NCBI RefSeq assembly: GCF_006345805.1
Contig: NC_043005.1
Coordinates: 55,366,001-55,430,000 of the forward strand
Direction of reading: 5' to 3'
Length of the DNA stretch: 64,000 bases
Origin: Octopus sinensis
Lineage: Eukaryota
Shown here: positions 25,647 through 39,096 of the stretch, piece after piece
Numbering within the stretch: the first letter of the stretch is position 1
Layout of the letters: each line of letters opens with the position of its first letter
The notes under the pieces: generated by a model
Database searches by the model: none
Seen by the model: only the letters and a program-made list of their open reading frames with translations
Told to the model about the DNA's origin: nothing
Program-made: the position numbers and the translations under genes

Positions 25647-26838
25647 ACATATATATAAAATTAAATAAGGGTAGAAATTGATATTAACCAATTAAAACCA
25701 GTGGCCTAGCATATTTAAAAAAATCCGAAGATTAAAAATTTTTTTACATACAAAATTTAGAGGAATGACCACTAAAAGTGGACAGCCTGTATGCTAGATA
25801 TAGGCGTCAAAATCACCATTTTCCATGGAGAATGTGTTCTCAAGAAAGCATTCAGCAAAACACCAAAGTGTAAAAATAAGCAAGACAAATGAAAATATAC
25901 GAAATAAAAAACGATTACCTATGTGCTAATTAGTTTCACTTGTTAATAATGTACGTATATGAATACATAAACATCTGCAAAATCATCAGTATAGTCTGTC
26001 ATTTGCGAAACACAATTTCTAGAACTAGATCCAGGGCGCTCGACTGAAATCCAGCATTGTATAAAGTTCCACAAATTATATTTATGTGTATCTTTCAAAT
26101 GTATTCATTTTGACACGCTGAGATCGGAAATTACTCTGCAGTTAATAAACTACAGCAGTCAATTTACCAGCTAGAGAACATTTATATATATACACACACA
26201 CACACACACACATATCTATGTACATATGTATGCATAAATAGACAGACAGACAGATAAATAGATAGACATATATATATACACACATACTCAAACACACACA
26301 TATACAGATATACAAACTGATGGATAATTATATGACAAATTTCTGCATGGTTTTCATTTACAAATTCCACCCATGTAGCACTGGTCAGCTTGACATTATG
26401 GAAGAAAAATCTTCTTCAAGGTCCCACACACTAGAATGGAACCCAGAACCATGTGGTTGTGAAGCAAACTCCTTAACGACACAGCCATGCCTGCCACCCA
26501 TAAATTATACAAAGTTAGGTTTCCATTCCATATCAACATCACAGCTTTAAAATATTACAGTTGGAAAACATTTGCATCTCTGCTTTGGACATTTTGATTT
26601 ATCTGAACAGTTCTCCTGACAATAAATTCTATTAGTTCTCTCTAGCCATTCCTTTAATTGACATTAGGCTTCTTAAAGACAGAAAAAAAAAAACAAACAA
26701 GAAATAGATTTTGTACTTTCTAGGATATGAAAATATTGGGAGTAAACGGTTTAGCTTTTATTGACCTCCTTCTCTAAACAGTAATAGCTTTGTAATTTCA
26801 TTTCTCTTTAGAGAAATAAATGCAGTTACAAACTGTAT

Positions 26839-27061
26839 TTAACTCTTTAGCATTTGAACCAGCCATATCCAGATCAAATATTCTACCTTCTTTACATTGA
26901 AATTGGCCATATCTAGCCTCTCACATCTACTCTACACTCTAAAAATAAACAATCATATCACTGAAACCTCAAAGCTTTGCGATAATGCTTGGTTATTTCA
27001 AAGTGATATGAGTAAGTAAAGCATTACATTTAACAGAGTAATCTGAACACTAAAGGGTTAA
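26839..27061. mobile_element. piggyBac-type MITE, family 1
   Basis: Ends TTAA-ctctttagca and cactaaaggg-TTAA. Homologous copies at 33702-33929 and 49435-49649. Confidence 0.7.
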
Positions 27062-28796
27062 AGAAGTTAATAAACCAACTGAAAGCAACAAGAGACAACA
27101 GTAGTTTATTTACAGTTTATTCTGCTGGTTTCCTGGTCTCTTTCTATTGTCAGATTACTGTTAAGGCATATTTAGCCCTTAGGCAAAGGGATTGGTTCAT
27201 GTGACATCAGGGTATATATCTGCACACTGGTGGGTACGTGTGACTCATGTCTAGGAGCCAGCCTTTCTCCAAGTCTTAGGCTTTTGCCACAGGACCATCT
27301 TCTGTTTGAGCCATAATTGAAGCTCTTGACAAATATTACCACCCCAGGCCAGAGAAGATCCCAAGCTGGGGCCTCACCACTGGATAAAGTTTAATGACTT
27401 GTCCAAGACATCTAATAAAATACCCTGTTTATGCATTTCAATAAATTTTGAAAATAATCAAGAATTTAGATGAATTTAATAAAATATCTAACTTGGTATT
27501 TGAAACGTAACAAAAGTTGCTTATCTGAAGCTATGTTAAAAAGATTTAATTTGGTTTTAAATTTTGGCACTGGGTCAGCAATTGTGTGTGTATGTGGAGG
27601 GGATGTACATCAATTACATAAATCCCAGTGCTCAACTGGTACTTACATTTTATCGACTCTGAAAGGAGGAAAGGCTAAGCTGACCCCAGCAGTATTTGAA
27701 CTCCAAATGTAAAGTTGGAAGAAATACTGCTAAGCACTTCTTCCAGCATGGTAACAATTCTTCCAGCACATTGCTCTTACAAAAAGTTTTAATTTAAAAT
27801 GAATATTTCAAAATGAGAAGCTTTGTATCATTACAGTCAGTCACAGTCAGTATTGGTCACTGATTGTCTCTGTAATTAAGATAATATTAATTTCAAACAC
27901 AACACTATCTACAATTTGGAACTAAATTTTTTAATGAAAACAAGTAAATTTTGATTCCAATCAATAGATTTGTTTAAGTGTGATTATGTTGGACAGTTTT
28001 TCTATCTCTTTCAGAGTAATATCTTTATGTTTCTTTTAGCCAAGATTATATATTTTCTGATCTTTTTAAAACAGTAGGATATGAGCTTTTGAGATTCATC
28101 TTTTATGTCTTACAGGTCAAATGACCACATCAAAGCTCCTTTGTTAATACATAAATATGAACTATCAAATATGTTACTAAAAAATATGAGATTTCATTAT
28201 GCAGATGATATGGTACAGAGTCATTTTAAAGTCCTTGTGCAATTTTAAATTTGTACAATATTAGTTCTATATGTATATTAGAATTAATATGTGAAAAAAA
28301 TAAGTGAAAAAATAAGTGAAAGAACTTAAGCTTTAAAATAAATTTTATCATGAAATTGTCAATTTTCACCATGCCTATTGTCATTATGCAAACCTGATGT
28401 AAATCTAAAGTTCATTTCACTACAGATCTTTAGTTATTCACTGAATCACATTAGTTATCCTAGCCTGCAAGTTGTTATCAGTAACATGATTTTTTTGTTG
28501 AATAAACAGTAATCTGTACATGTTCCCATAAAATTAAATTGAAATAATTATTGACATTATTTTAAAAATTAATAAATATTTATGCTAAATTTATTGATTA
28601 AGGGTGATGAAATAGACACATCAAGTTTATATGAAGCTAAAACGATATATTTTCAAATCTAAAATTTTACATTGTACAAGGACTTTATAAAGATCTTATA
28701 TGATAATTTATAGCACTGGCAATAGTTATTTGAGTTGAGTGTATATAGCCTAGTGCTAAAACAGAAACAAGAAACAAAAGTCTATAAAACTGGCTC

Positions 28797-29020
28797 TTAA
28801 CCATTTTGATGCCAACATGTCTGCAACTAACACTGGTTCTATGGTACAAATTTTCTGTTTTAAAGTGATCCAAATCAAGACTTTTCATGAAAATTTCACA
28901 TTGATTTATGTTCCAAACATCAGCTTAATAATGATACTTTAGCAAATTCTTCATTATTTTCAAAATTAATTAAAACAAAGGTAATGTATTTCAACAGAAA
29001 TATGGTAATGAAAGGGTCAA
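28797..29020. mobile_element. piggyBac-type MITE, family 2
   Basis: Ends TTAA-ccattttgat and ggtaatgaaaggg-tcaa. Homologous copy at 41736-41966. Confidence 0.65.
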
Positions 29021-32000
29021 GAAACCTACCTCAAGTTATTTATTTTTTTGAAAGTACGAGAATACAAGAATTTTATAAAAACTAATGTCAAAGACATCAT
29101 GTCTTTTCTCTTTTAGTCAACACATATTTCATAGAGTGAAAAAAACCTTACAAACAATAATGTCTCAGAGAGAAAAGATGTTTTGATACACTTCAAGAGG
29201 AGACTTTTTACCATAATGGCTTAGTTAAAGGAATTAGGTTGGTACCAATGACCATTTTATAGAGTTTCCAGAACTGGAAGAAGGAAATTATTGTCAGAGT
29301 GGAAACAACTGGAAACATGGTCCAGATACATACAGCAAAATGCGCTCTAACAAAAACACTCTTGGACCAGGTGGTGGGTTAAAACAAGCAATGAGTCAAG
29401 ATGCTAATTCAAGAATAAGTTCCAACAGGCTTCCATAAAATTTTCTTTTTTTGCATTGCTTAATCAGAAAGAAAGGCATCTTCCATAAATCTTCACAGGG
29501 CCTTGGATACTGGTGGTGGGTATAAGTGTCCTTGAAATGGATACCTGGCAAGAACACTTGCAACACTGTGGGATCTCTTAAAGATACCTAAGGATCAGGT
29601 GGTGGTGTTAAACTGCATGCAAGATTAAATCTCTCAGTTAGGTAGGCCATGGTAGGATTTGAACACAGAAAGTAAATAACAAGAAAAAAACACCACGAGG
29701 CATCATGGGGGCTGCTCTAAAAATTTCTCCAACCCTCTGCCTTAAAATGGCAATTTATTTATCAATTCTAAAAAGATGTAAGGTAAATTTGACTTCAGAT
29801 GAATTTGAACTCAGAATTTATTCCAGAGCGTGGAATAAATACCCAAATTATTTCATCAAATGCTCTAACGATGACTGCCAATTTGTAACAATATTTGTGA
29901 AGAATTATACAGTTTTAATATGTTCCATTAAAATATACTTTTATGACCTTGCAGATTGTCAATAATTTGAAATATAATAAAATGGTATAAAACAAAATAA
30001 AATACAAAAAAAAAATTCAATAAAAGTTTGTTATTTGTAGATTGTTTTCTGTCAAATATTCTGGATGCTATGATGGAAATTTGAAACAAAAGCTATCTGC
30101 TAAGATGACCAATCAAGGAGAAACAAATTATAATGGACATTTCCTACAGAATACAATTTATAATCTTTATGAAACAATGTTAAAAATTTACAAATATGAT
30201 TAAATTCAATTTTCTGTTGATCTCTGATGGTTGACAGCTGAATTAAGACTGATAGATTTCAAAGATGAAGTGTGAAGTATTTTTATATTCTGTCAGAACA
30301 GATAGAGGGTGTTTTGAAAATAGAGTTGTTGTAGTTTAACCTCAGATCACTCAGGCTAGCCTAAGTTGAGCCAACCTCTGATCAAAGGTATTCTATGTAT
30401 GATCCTCAGGTTACACTATTCAATTCATCCTTCCTTATATAAAGCCATTGGAGAGTAATTTCAGGGAAATCAAGTTGCTATTTCTAACAAATAGTGTAAT
30501 GATGTAGATCAATCATGGGCAACATGTGGTCATGAGGCTTTCCAAATGGCTCACCTAATGAAAAAATAATTTGAATATTCTCATTAGTGGAGCCCACTAA
30601 TTAGGCGTAGGTAACATTTTTCTTTTGAGAAGTCCATCTGAGACACAGTCCACCCATTGATAAGCTGTTTCAGGAGGACTTCTCAAAAAAAAATGGTTAC
30701 CCATGTCTAATATAGAGGAATACTCAAGAGCTATGTTAATAAGGTATTTGGGTTCACATTCAGTCATGAGCACTACACTGTATTCATGGCCAAGATACTT
30801 AACAATTAAATGGTCCAGTACACATAGTCACATGTACAATAATTTCTTTTGTATGTAAAAACCACCACTGTAATCAGTGGAACCAGTTCCTGTTCATCTA
30901 TTCTGCTCAGAGCACTGGTCAAGACTTTGTTAAAAAACACTTACTTAAGGAACCATGCACTTGGATCGAACTTGGAACCATGTCATTGCAAAGCAAACTC
31001 TTTTACTACACAGCCATGCCTAGACCAAGTTAGCCATGACCATCCTAACTAGTCTATGAATACACTATCTAATGTCCTTTTTTAAGATAGTAGGGTGTGA
31101 TATGAAGGAGGTTTGACTACTAATCCTAGCAGGTCAGATGATATTGTATCATAAATTGTGTTGGTATTGTTGATTTAAGTATGTCAGGCCTGAGGGAAGT
31201 TGGAAAACAAAATCTTGAAATTAGCAACAAATTCTTAGTGTAGTGGCACCCTTGAGAAAACCATAGGCAAGGCTGAAATAAATTTTGCAACAAGACTTGT
31301 AATGATGCCTTATTTTTCTTAGTCAGAATGGAAGGGCAATACCTAGAACCCCTTCTAGGGCCTCTGAGTCTGTGGGAAGGAAGGATGGAGGGACTAATGT
31401 ATTCATAAGCTGGAGAACTTGCTTGTGTATTTGCAACAGAGTGCACTCAGCAAAAAGCATCTAAGGTTGTCAATATAGTGGTGTTAAATGGGGCAATTAT
31501 TTGGTTTACCATCCAAGTAAGCCACAGCAGGATTTGAACACAGGACACAAAAAGCCAGGATAAATACTGCAAGGAATCCCATATGATGCGCTAACATTTC
31601 TGCCAAACCTATTACACTGATTGGTACTTATTTATCAATGCATAGAAGGACAAAAGGTAAAGATGACCTTAGTAGGATTTGAACTCAAAATGCAAAGTGT
31701 CAGGCTTAATACTACAAGGAATTTTGTCAGATGTTTTAACAACTTTGCAAATTCACCATTTTGAGAGAACTATTAGAAACAACAGATCAGGAAATAAGAA
31801 ACAAATTATAGTTGTAGTTAAGTTCTTTAGGAAATGCATGAACATCAAAACATCTCATTTCTCTTTCTTTAATAACGAAGCATTAGTGCCTTATCAAAAG
31901 AAACTTGTATCTCGATAAAGTAGTTTTAAAATTAGAAATAAAAGTTTCTAGACTGTTCTTTGTTATTTTCCAATTTATTTATTTCCGTCTTCTTTGTAGT

Positions 32001-32539
32001 TTGCTTATTACATGACATTTCAGCAGATAATTCCATTTCCATGATAATTCTGTGATTATTCCAGAGAAGCGGAAGAAGCTCACAATAGAGTAGAAATCAG
32101 ACCAATTCCTTTGTGAAAGAAAATGGCAAACAAACATAGTATAGGGCAAGATTAAGATTTGAAATAAAGAAACCACTTCAAGAATTTCTGTATGACTACA
32201 AGTATATTTACTGTAAATTGAAGCCATAATTTGATATTGTTATATTAAGTTCAACTTTTTCGTTTTTATTTTATTTTATTCACAAATATCATTTGTACAA
32301 AGAATGATATTTTGGCACTCAAAAAATATTTCCACTCATCTTGTTCTAGTTTAGACCCTCGTAGGTTCTGATCAAGCAGATCTATGGTCATTGCTAGAAT
32401 ACTTCTGACCTTGCATTTTTTTATTTTTATATTCAGAAAGCGTATCTAGAACTACATAGTTCATGTGTCCTGTCTTTAACATTGTCAGTTGTAATTTGAG
32501 AGAGATTTGACTATTATTTCTTGCAAATCAAGCAACCAT

Positions 32540-33260
32540 ATAGAAATTCCTCTGAAATTTCTTCCACAGATACATTTTCAACAGAATTATCTTCACATAT
32601 ATAGCTTCCGCAGATATATTTTACAAAAATATATTTTACCAAAGTATACTCCTTATCTTTCCCCAAACAGTTTTTTTTTTTTTATATAAAACTGTTTTAT
32701 AGAAATATTTCCCACAAAAACATTTCCACATAAGCAACTCTAAGAATAATGATACTGCATTCAGGTTATTTTTACAGTTTCATTTTTCACATATTCAACT
32801 TTCACAGAAAAACCTACGAAAGAATGTTTAGTAAAAAGTATTTGCCACACAAATAATCTCCCAAAAGAAGCATTTACATGAATCTCATTATTCACAAATA
32901 TCTTTCCCTTCCCCCAAAATATATTCTTTAATGACATATTTCCACATAAATCTAAAGCTATTTTATATAGATATTTTCTATAAAATATTTCCCATGGAAA
33001 TGCAAATATTTTCTGATAAATATTTCCCATAGAAATTATTTTTCATGTAACTGTTGTATATAAATTAATCTTCCACATAAACATAGATTTTACAGAAATA
33101 TACTCTGCATAAACATCTTCAACAGAAATATTTCCCATAAAAATTATTTTTCACATAACTGTCATAAACAAATTTACCTTCCACATGAACAGTTTCTACA
33201 GAAATATCTCCCATAAAAATATTTTCAACAAAAACAATTTTCCACAGAAGCATATTTGGC
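32540..33260. repeat. Degenerate AT-rich minisatellite
   Basis: Recurrent tttccacagaaa/tttcccataaaa units, plus a ~108 bp higher-order duplication at 33020 and 33128. Confidence 0.65.
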
Positions 33261-33428
33261 TCAAACAACTTGATGTTAAAGTACAATAAGAAGTGACTGA
33301 TATATGTGTACAAAAGTTGTAAAGATCTAGAAAGATACAAGATCTATAATGGCCAATAGTTTTTCATGTTAAAAAAGAAAAACTCATTGATTATTATCAG
33401 ATAATTGCACTAATCTTCTTCCTTTTAG

Positions 33429-33566
33429 GTGCAGAAAATAGACAACGAAAATCTAAACACCACCGGAAGCTCCTCTAACTCTATGAGGTGCAAAACTTCA
33501 GGGCTGCCACATCAACATTTGTATGATGAAAGATATGTCTGGAGAGAATGTAGAAATGGAGAAAAA
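33429..33566 (+). CDS. Candidate exon, 138 nt, phase 0/0; product unknown, could be non-coding
   Basis: Acceptor taatcttcttccttttag and donor gtgagt. Only frame 0 is open (VQKIDNENLNTTGSSSNSMRCKTSGLPHQHLYDERYVWRECRNGEK). Confidence 0.4.
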
Positions 33567-33701
33567 GTGAGTAGATGTGTATTGTATCAAGGTAACGGGA
33601 AGGCAAACTCTTTACAAATAAGGAATACAGGTACAAATTCTTCTAAATATCAGAGTTCATGGAATAAACATTTTGTTGGTAGTAAAATGGATACCTTTTT
33701 G

Positions 33702-33929
33702 TGAACCCCTTAGCATTTGAACATGCTCTATCCAGACCAAATATTCTACCTATTTTATTTTCAAAGTGGTCAGATCCAGCCTCTTACACCTTCCCTGCAA
33801 TGTCATTCTAAAAGTAAACAATCATAACTTTGAAGTCTCAAAGCTAAGAGATAATAAAGGATTAACTTTGAAGAATGTGAATAAATAAGCATTACATTTG
33901 ACAAAGTAATCTGAATGCTAAAATGTTAA
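33702..33929. mobile_element. piggyBac-type MITE, family 1
   Basis: Homologous to 26839-27061. Confidence 0.65.
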
Positions 33930-34029
33930 AGAGAGATTAGTTACAGGGAATATGACAGCACTGTGATGTCTGCATAATCGAAACTAATTAGTGAAGAAAA
34001 GTAACTGTTCTATGAGACCATCATTAGAT

Positions 34030-34260
34030 TATCATGAAGATGGGTGACAGCAATCTCTTCAATATGTCTTGTGTGGCTGTTCCAGTCTATAGAAGCTGTT
34101 GTTGTACACAGAATGAAGGAGCATCAAGGCTATTGGAGTTCTGCAATACAAGTAACTTAACTAATTGTAACAATAACCATAGCAAGGTGGCCTACCACCT
34201 GATCACCCACCAGTTAGGCAAACACACAAGCTTGATGTACTTCTTACTCAGCCAGGCAAT
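34030..34260 (+). pseudogene. Decayed RTE apurinic-endonuclease fragment
   Basis: NEGASRLLEFCNTSNLTNCNNNHSKVAYHLITHQLGKHTSLMYFLL resembles the RTE EN segment RN..G.RLLEFC...NL.I.NT.F.....HLITY.SG...SQIDY. Confidence 0.65.
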
Positions 34261-35243
34261 GCTTAGTGGCATTTCGTCCATCTTCGCATTTTGAATTCAA
34301 ATTTTGCCAAAGCTGATTTTGCCCTCCATCCTTTTGGAGCCAGCAAAATAAGTACCTGTGGAGAACTCAGGTCGATCTAATCAACTCACCCTTTCCCTGA
34401 AATTGCTGGCCTTGTGCCAAAATCTGAAACTGAAATTCTGTGACATGTGAATCATAAATGTGGAGTACTTCAGACTGCAAAGCTCTGTGTCATTATGAGT
34501 GAGGATGTATGTATGTTGTGTAATGATATCGGTGGACTTGCCATCACTGGCACTGAGAAGAATGGGGGCATGGAGATGCTATTACAAGAAGTTGCTAAAT
34601 GAGGAGATTAAATGGGAAAGAAAGGGATCTTCCAATAAACCCAACAGAGGGACTAGCTACTAAATTTGACAATCATATATCGAAATGACCCTAGAAAGCT
34701 ACAGAGAGCAACTGAACCAACAGGCACAATTGCTAAGATAATGAAAATTTTTCTGTGGTGTACAATACATACTGGTGGGTTTCATAGTCTATCAGAAAAT
34801 AACAGAGTGAAGTTATTCATAATGAGGTGTCATCATCATCATCATGCAGGTTCCCTGAGAAGAAAGTACTTACAGAAGATGAAGCCCAACAAAGACATTG
34901 GAAGAAGTGATAAAAGCTGATCTTGAGAATAAACCTCATAAAAAAAACAATAAAAGACTACCATAAATGGCCATTTTCTGCCCTGGACAAGAACTATTTT
35001 ACCTTTGTTTTATCATGCAAGCATGAAAATATAAATAAACAATCATGATTCTGATGTTTATTTATTACCTGACAAGATATATCTGCACCATCAGATGTCC
35101 CTGAACCAGTTGTTGAATGTCTCACCCAAGTGGAATTGATGCTAGAAGTGTCGAAACAATTGTGTTTAATTATAAATTCTCCTATATTCCATCTTCTGTC
35201 TTTCAGTTGCTATATATATAAACATATTTATATATATATATAT

Positions 35244-35277
<34 letters not shown>

Positions 35278-35519
35278 GTACTCTATTCCATAACTCATGT
35301 ATTGATTTCTGTACACTCGGTAACCCTGCTCACCTACTGTGGAATATAAAAGGAAGATTTTCTGCTCATCATTCTTTAATAAAGAAAAAATAATTCACAA
35401 CCTTCTGTCTCAAAAAACCACTATTGTTCCTGAATGTTGTTTTTTAATATTTACTATGGATTGCTCAAAGCCAATTTTCTTCTTACACCTTTATCTCTGG
35501 ATCTTACAGTGATATACAT

Positions 35520-35550
<31 letters not shown>

Positions 35551-35551
35551 C

Positions 35552-35626
<75 letters not shown>

Positions 35627-35628
35627 AC

Positions 35629-35663
<35 letters not shown>

Positions 35664-36475
35664 AATATACATATGCATATATGGGTACAGGACATCTCCA
35701 ACTGTGTAAACAACATAAAATATGTAGACAAATGAGTTAAATACATAAACAAGGCAAAAAAATGGAAAACAGAACAAGTAAACACAGAGAAACGACACTT
35801 CATCAGTTGTCAGCTGTCCGTCTACTCCTAATTTCGAGCATTCAGTGACAATAAGAGTCTTCAAAGACAGCTGCTCCCATAAATTCTAAAATAATATTTA
35901 GGATTTATGGAGTGTCAAAGTTGGAAACAAAAACAGGACAGTGGAAACATACTAGGAAACTGGATGAAAACAAATACAGATGGTCGTTAAACCAGAATGA
36001 GAGGAAAATAGTGAATGCTGGGAGATATATTTTCTTTGAAAAGAGAAAAGATAGAAAAAATGTCCAGTCCTTTGAATGTCTGTACAGAAAAAGAAAGATG
36101 ATCAGATGAGGAAAAGAAAGATGTACAATGGTCATATGTGAGCAATGAGAGAAAGAGAAAGAGGGAGAGAGAGAGAGAGAAAGAAGACAGTGAAAGAGGG
36201 AGAGGGAAAAAGGGAATTAGAGAAGGATGGAGGAAGAAAACAATATAGAGTAGAAAGTCGTATCAAAATGGTGAAGATAAATTTACTTGGATGTGGATGC
36301 GTGGAGTTCAATTAAATAATAATAATAGATACTATATTTATATATATATATATATATATATTTACATGTAGACAAACAAGTTAAATACATAAACGAGACA
36401 AAAGAATTGGAAAACTGGACAAGAAAACACAGAGAAACGACCCTTGGTCAGTTGTCAGCTGTCTAGGTATATATA

Positions 36476-36629
36476 TCATCATCATCATCATCATCATCAT
36501 TTAACGTCCGCTTTCCATGCTAGCATGGGTTGGACGGTTCAACTGGGGTCTGGCAAGCCCGAAGGCTGCACCAGGCCAGTCAGATCTGGCAGTGTTTCTA
36601 CAGCTGGATGCCCTTCCTAACGCCAACCA
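36476..36629 (-). mobile_element. Short RTE 3'-end copy abutting the long RTE
   Basis: Duplicates 36638-36795 with several substitutions. Confidence 0.85.
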
Positions 36630-36637
36630 CTATATAT

Positions 36638-39096
36638 ATCATCATCATCATCATCATCATCGTTTAACGTCCGTTCTCCATGCTAGCATGGGTTGGACGG
36701 TTCGACCGGGGATCTGGAAAGCCAGAAGGCTGCACCAGGCTCCAGTCTTATCTGGCAGTGTTTCTACAGCTGGATGCCCTTCCTAACGCCAACCACTCCA
36801 TGAGTGTAGTGGGTGCTTTTTACGTGCCACCTGCACAGGTGCCAGGCGAGGCTGGCAACGGCCACGGTCGGATTGGTGTATTTTATGTGCCACCTGCACG
36901 GAAGCCAAACGAGGGGGTGCTGGCATCGGCCACGAGTTGGATAGTGCTTTTTACGTACCACCAGACCAGGGATCCTGGCTGGTTCAATTCGATTTCGATT
37001 TCGCTTGCCCCAACATGTCTTCGCAAGCAAGGGGGTTGGCATGGGTGCCTGTCGTACGGTCAGATTGGTGTATTTTACGTGCCACCGGCACGGAAGCCAG
37101 TGGAGGCGGCGCTGGCATTGGCCACGAGTCGGGTAGTGCTTTTTACGTACCACCAGACCAGGGATCCTGGCTGGTTCAATTCGATTTCGATTTCGTTTTC
37201 GCTTGCCCCACAACATGTCTTCGCAAGCAAGGGGGTTGGCATGGGTGCCTGTCGTACGGTCAGATTGGTGTATTTTACGTGCCACCGGCACGGAAGCCAG
37301 TGGAGACATCGGCCACGAGTCGGATAGTGCTTTTTACGTACCACCAGACCAGGGATCCTGGCTGGTTCAATTCGATTTCGCTTGCCCCAACATGTCTTCG
37401 CAAGCAAGGGGGTTGGCATGGGTGCCTGTCGTACGGTCAGATTGGTGTATTTTACGTGCCACCGGCACGGAAGCCAGTGGAGGCGGCGCTGGCATCGGCC
37501 ACGAGTCGGATAGTGCTTTTTATACGTACCACCAGACCAGGGATCCTGGCTGGTTCAATTCGATTTCGCTTGCCCCAACATGTCTTCGCAAGCAAGGGGG
37601 TTGGCATGGGTGCCTGTCGTCGGATGAGGTTCTATATCGACTTCGCTTGCCTCAACAGGTCTTTGTGTCCAAGGGAGGAAAGGCATTCATAAGTGGCTGG
37701 GCTCACTTGTCCTGCCTGGTCTTCTCACGTACAGAATATTTCCAAAGGTCTCGGTCGCTGGTCATTTCCTCAGTGAGGCCTAAAGTTCGAAGGTCGTGCT
37801 TCACCACCTCGTCCCAGGTTTTCCTGGGTCTACCTCTTCCACGGGTTCCCTCAACTGCTAAGGATTGGCACTTTCTCACACACCTATCTTCATCCATTCT
37901 CGCCACATGACCATACCAGCGCAATCGTCTCTCTTGCACACCACAACTGATGCCTCTTAGGTACAACATTTCTCTCAAGGTGCTAACGCTCTGTCGAGTA
38001 TGTACACTGACATTACACATCCATCGGAGCATACTGGCTTCATTCCTCACGAGCTTACGCATGTCCTCGGCAGTCACGGCCCATGTTTCACTGCCATGTA
38101 GCATGGCTGTTCGTACACACGCATCATACAGTCTGCCTTTTACTCTGAGCGAGAGGCCTTTAGTCACCAGCAGAGGTAAGAGCTCCCTAAACTTTGCCCA
38201 GGCTATTCTTATTCTAGCAGTTACACTTTCAGCGCACCCACCCCCACTACTGACTTGGTCACCTAGATAACGGAAGCTATCAACTACTTCTAGTTTTTCC
38301 CCCTGGAAAGTGACGGAAGTTATTTTCTGCAGATTTTCGGAAGTTAATGCTCCAGAGCATTTGCCACATACAAAAACTATCTTCCCAGTTAGCCTACCTT
38401 TGACATTGCTGCACCTCTTATGTGTCCATAGCTTACACTGGGTACATCTTATAGAGTTTCTTCCTACACCTTTTCTACAGATCGAGCAGGGCCATCTTCT
38501 GAAGACTTTTGTGGATTGTCTACCTTCCTACTTATTAGTACTTTGGTTTTAGCTAGGTTGACTCTAAGGCCCCTCGATTCTAAACCCTCCTTCCACACCC
38601 TGAACTTCTCCTCCAGCTCTGATAGTGACTCAGCAATAAGAGCAAGGTCGTCAGCGTAGAGGAGCTCCCAGGGACAACCTGTCTTGAATTCCTCCGTAAT
38701 TGCCTGGAGGACTATGATAAATAGGAGGGGGCTGAGTACTGAACCCTGGTGGACCCCAACCTCTACTTTGAATTCTTCTGTGTACATGTTGCCAACCCTA
38801 ACCTTACTTACGGCGTCTCTGTACATGGCTTGCACAGTCCTCACCAGCCATTCATCTATCCCCAGTTTCCTCATTGACCACCAGATAAGGGATCGGGGGA
38901 CCCTATCAAAAGCTTTCTCCATGTCAACAAAAGCCAGGTACAGGGGCTTATCTTTGGCTAGGTATTTCTCCTGCAGCTGCCTTACCAGGAATATAGCATC
39001 AGCGGTACTTTTCCCTGGCACGAACCCAAACTGCATCTCATCTAAACTAACTCTCTCTCTAATTAGTTGGGCTATGACCCTCTCCGTAACCTTCAT
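36638..39096 (-). mobile_element. Young, 5'-truncated RTE LINE (RT, PHD finger, C-terminus and a ~1 kb repetitive 3' UTR)
   Basis: RT motifs AFVDMEKAFDRV, GVHQGSVLSPLLF and LYADDL. One apparent frameshift near 38505, then open to the stop at 37703. (CAT)n tail; flanked by (TA)n. Confidence 0.95.
36939..37620. repeat. ~186-190 bp tandem units (about 3.6 copies) in the RTE 3' UTR
   Basis: The unit start gatagtgctttttacgtaccaccagaccagggatcctggctgg recurs near 36939, 37129, 37319 and 37505. Confidence 0.9.

Noticed and set aside
29250-30200. Two ~55-codon open stretches on the plus strand
   Set aside because: No convincing donor sites or homology; such lengths are expected by chance in 64 kb.
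35780-35870. Possible permuted hammerhead (gaaa...gta...ctgatga), with related motifs at 39330-39410
   Set aside because: Stems I to III cannot be paired consistently. This is a repeat family (direct copy at 36360-36465), but the ribozyme fold is not supported.
36680-37910. Overlapping 180-250 aa ORFs
   Set aside because: They arise from the GC-rich tandem repeats of the RTE 3' UTR, are open in several frames at once, and have no protein motif.
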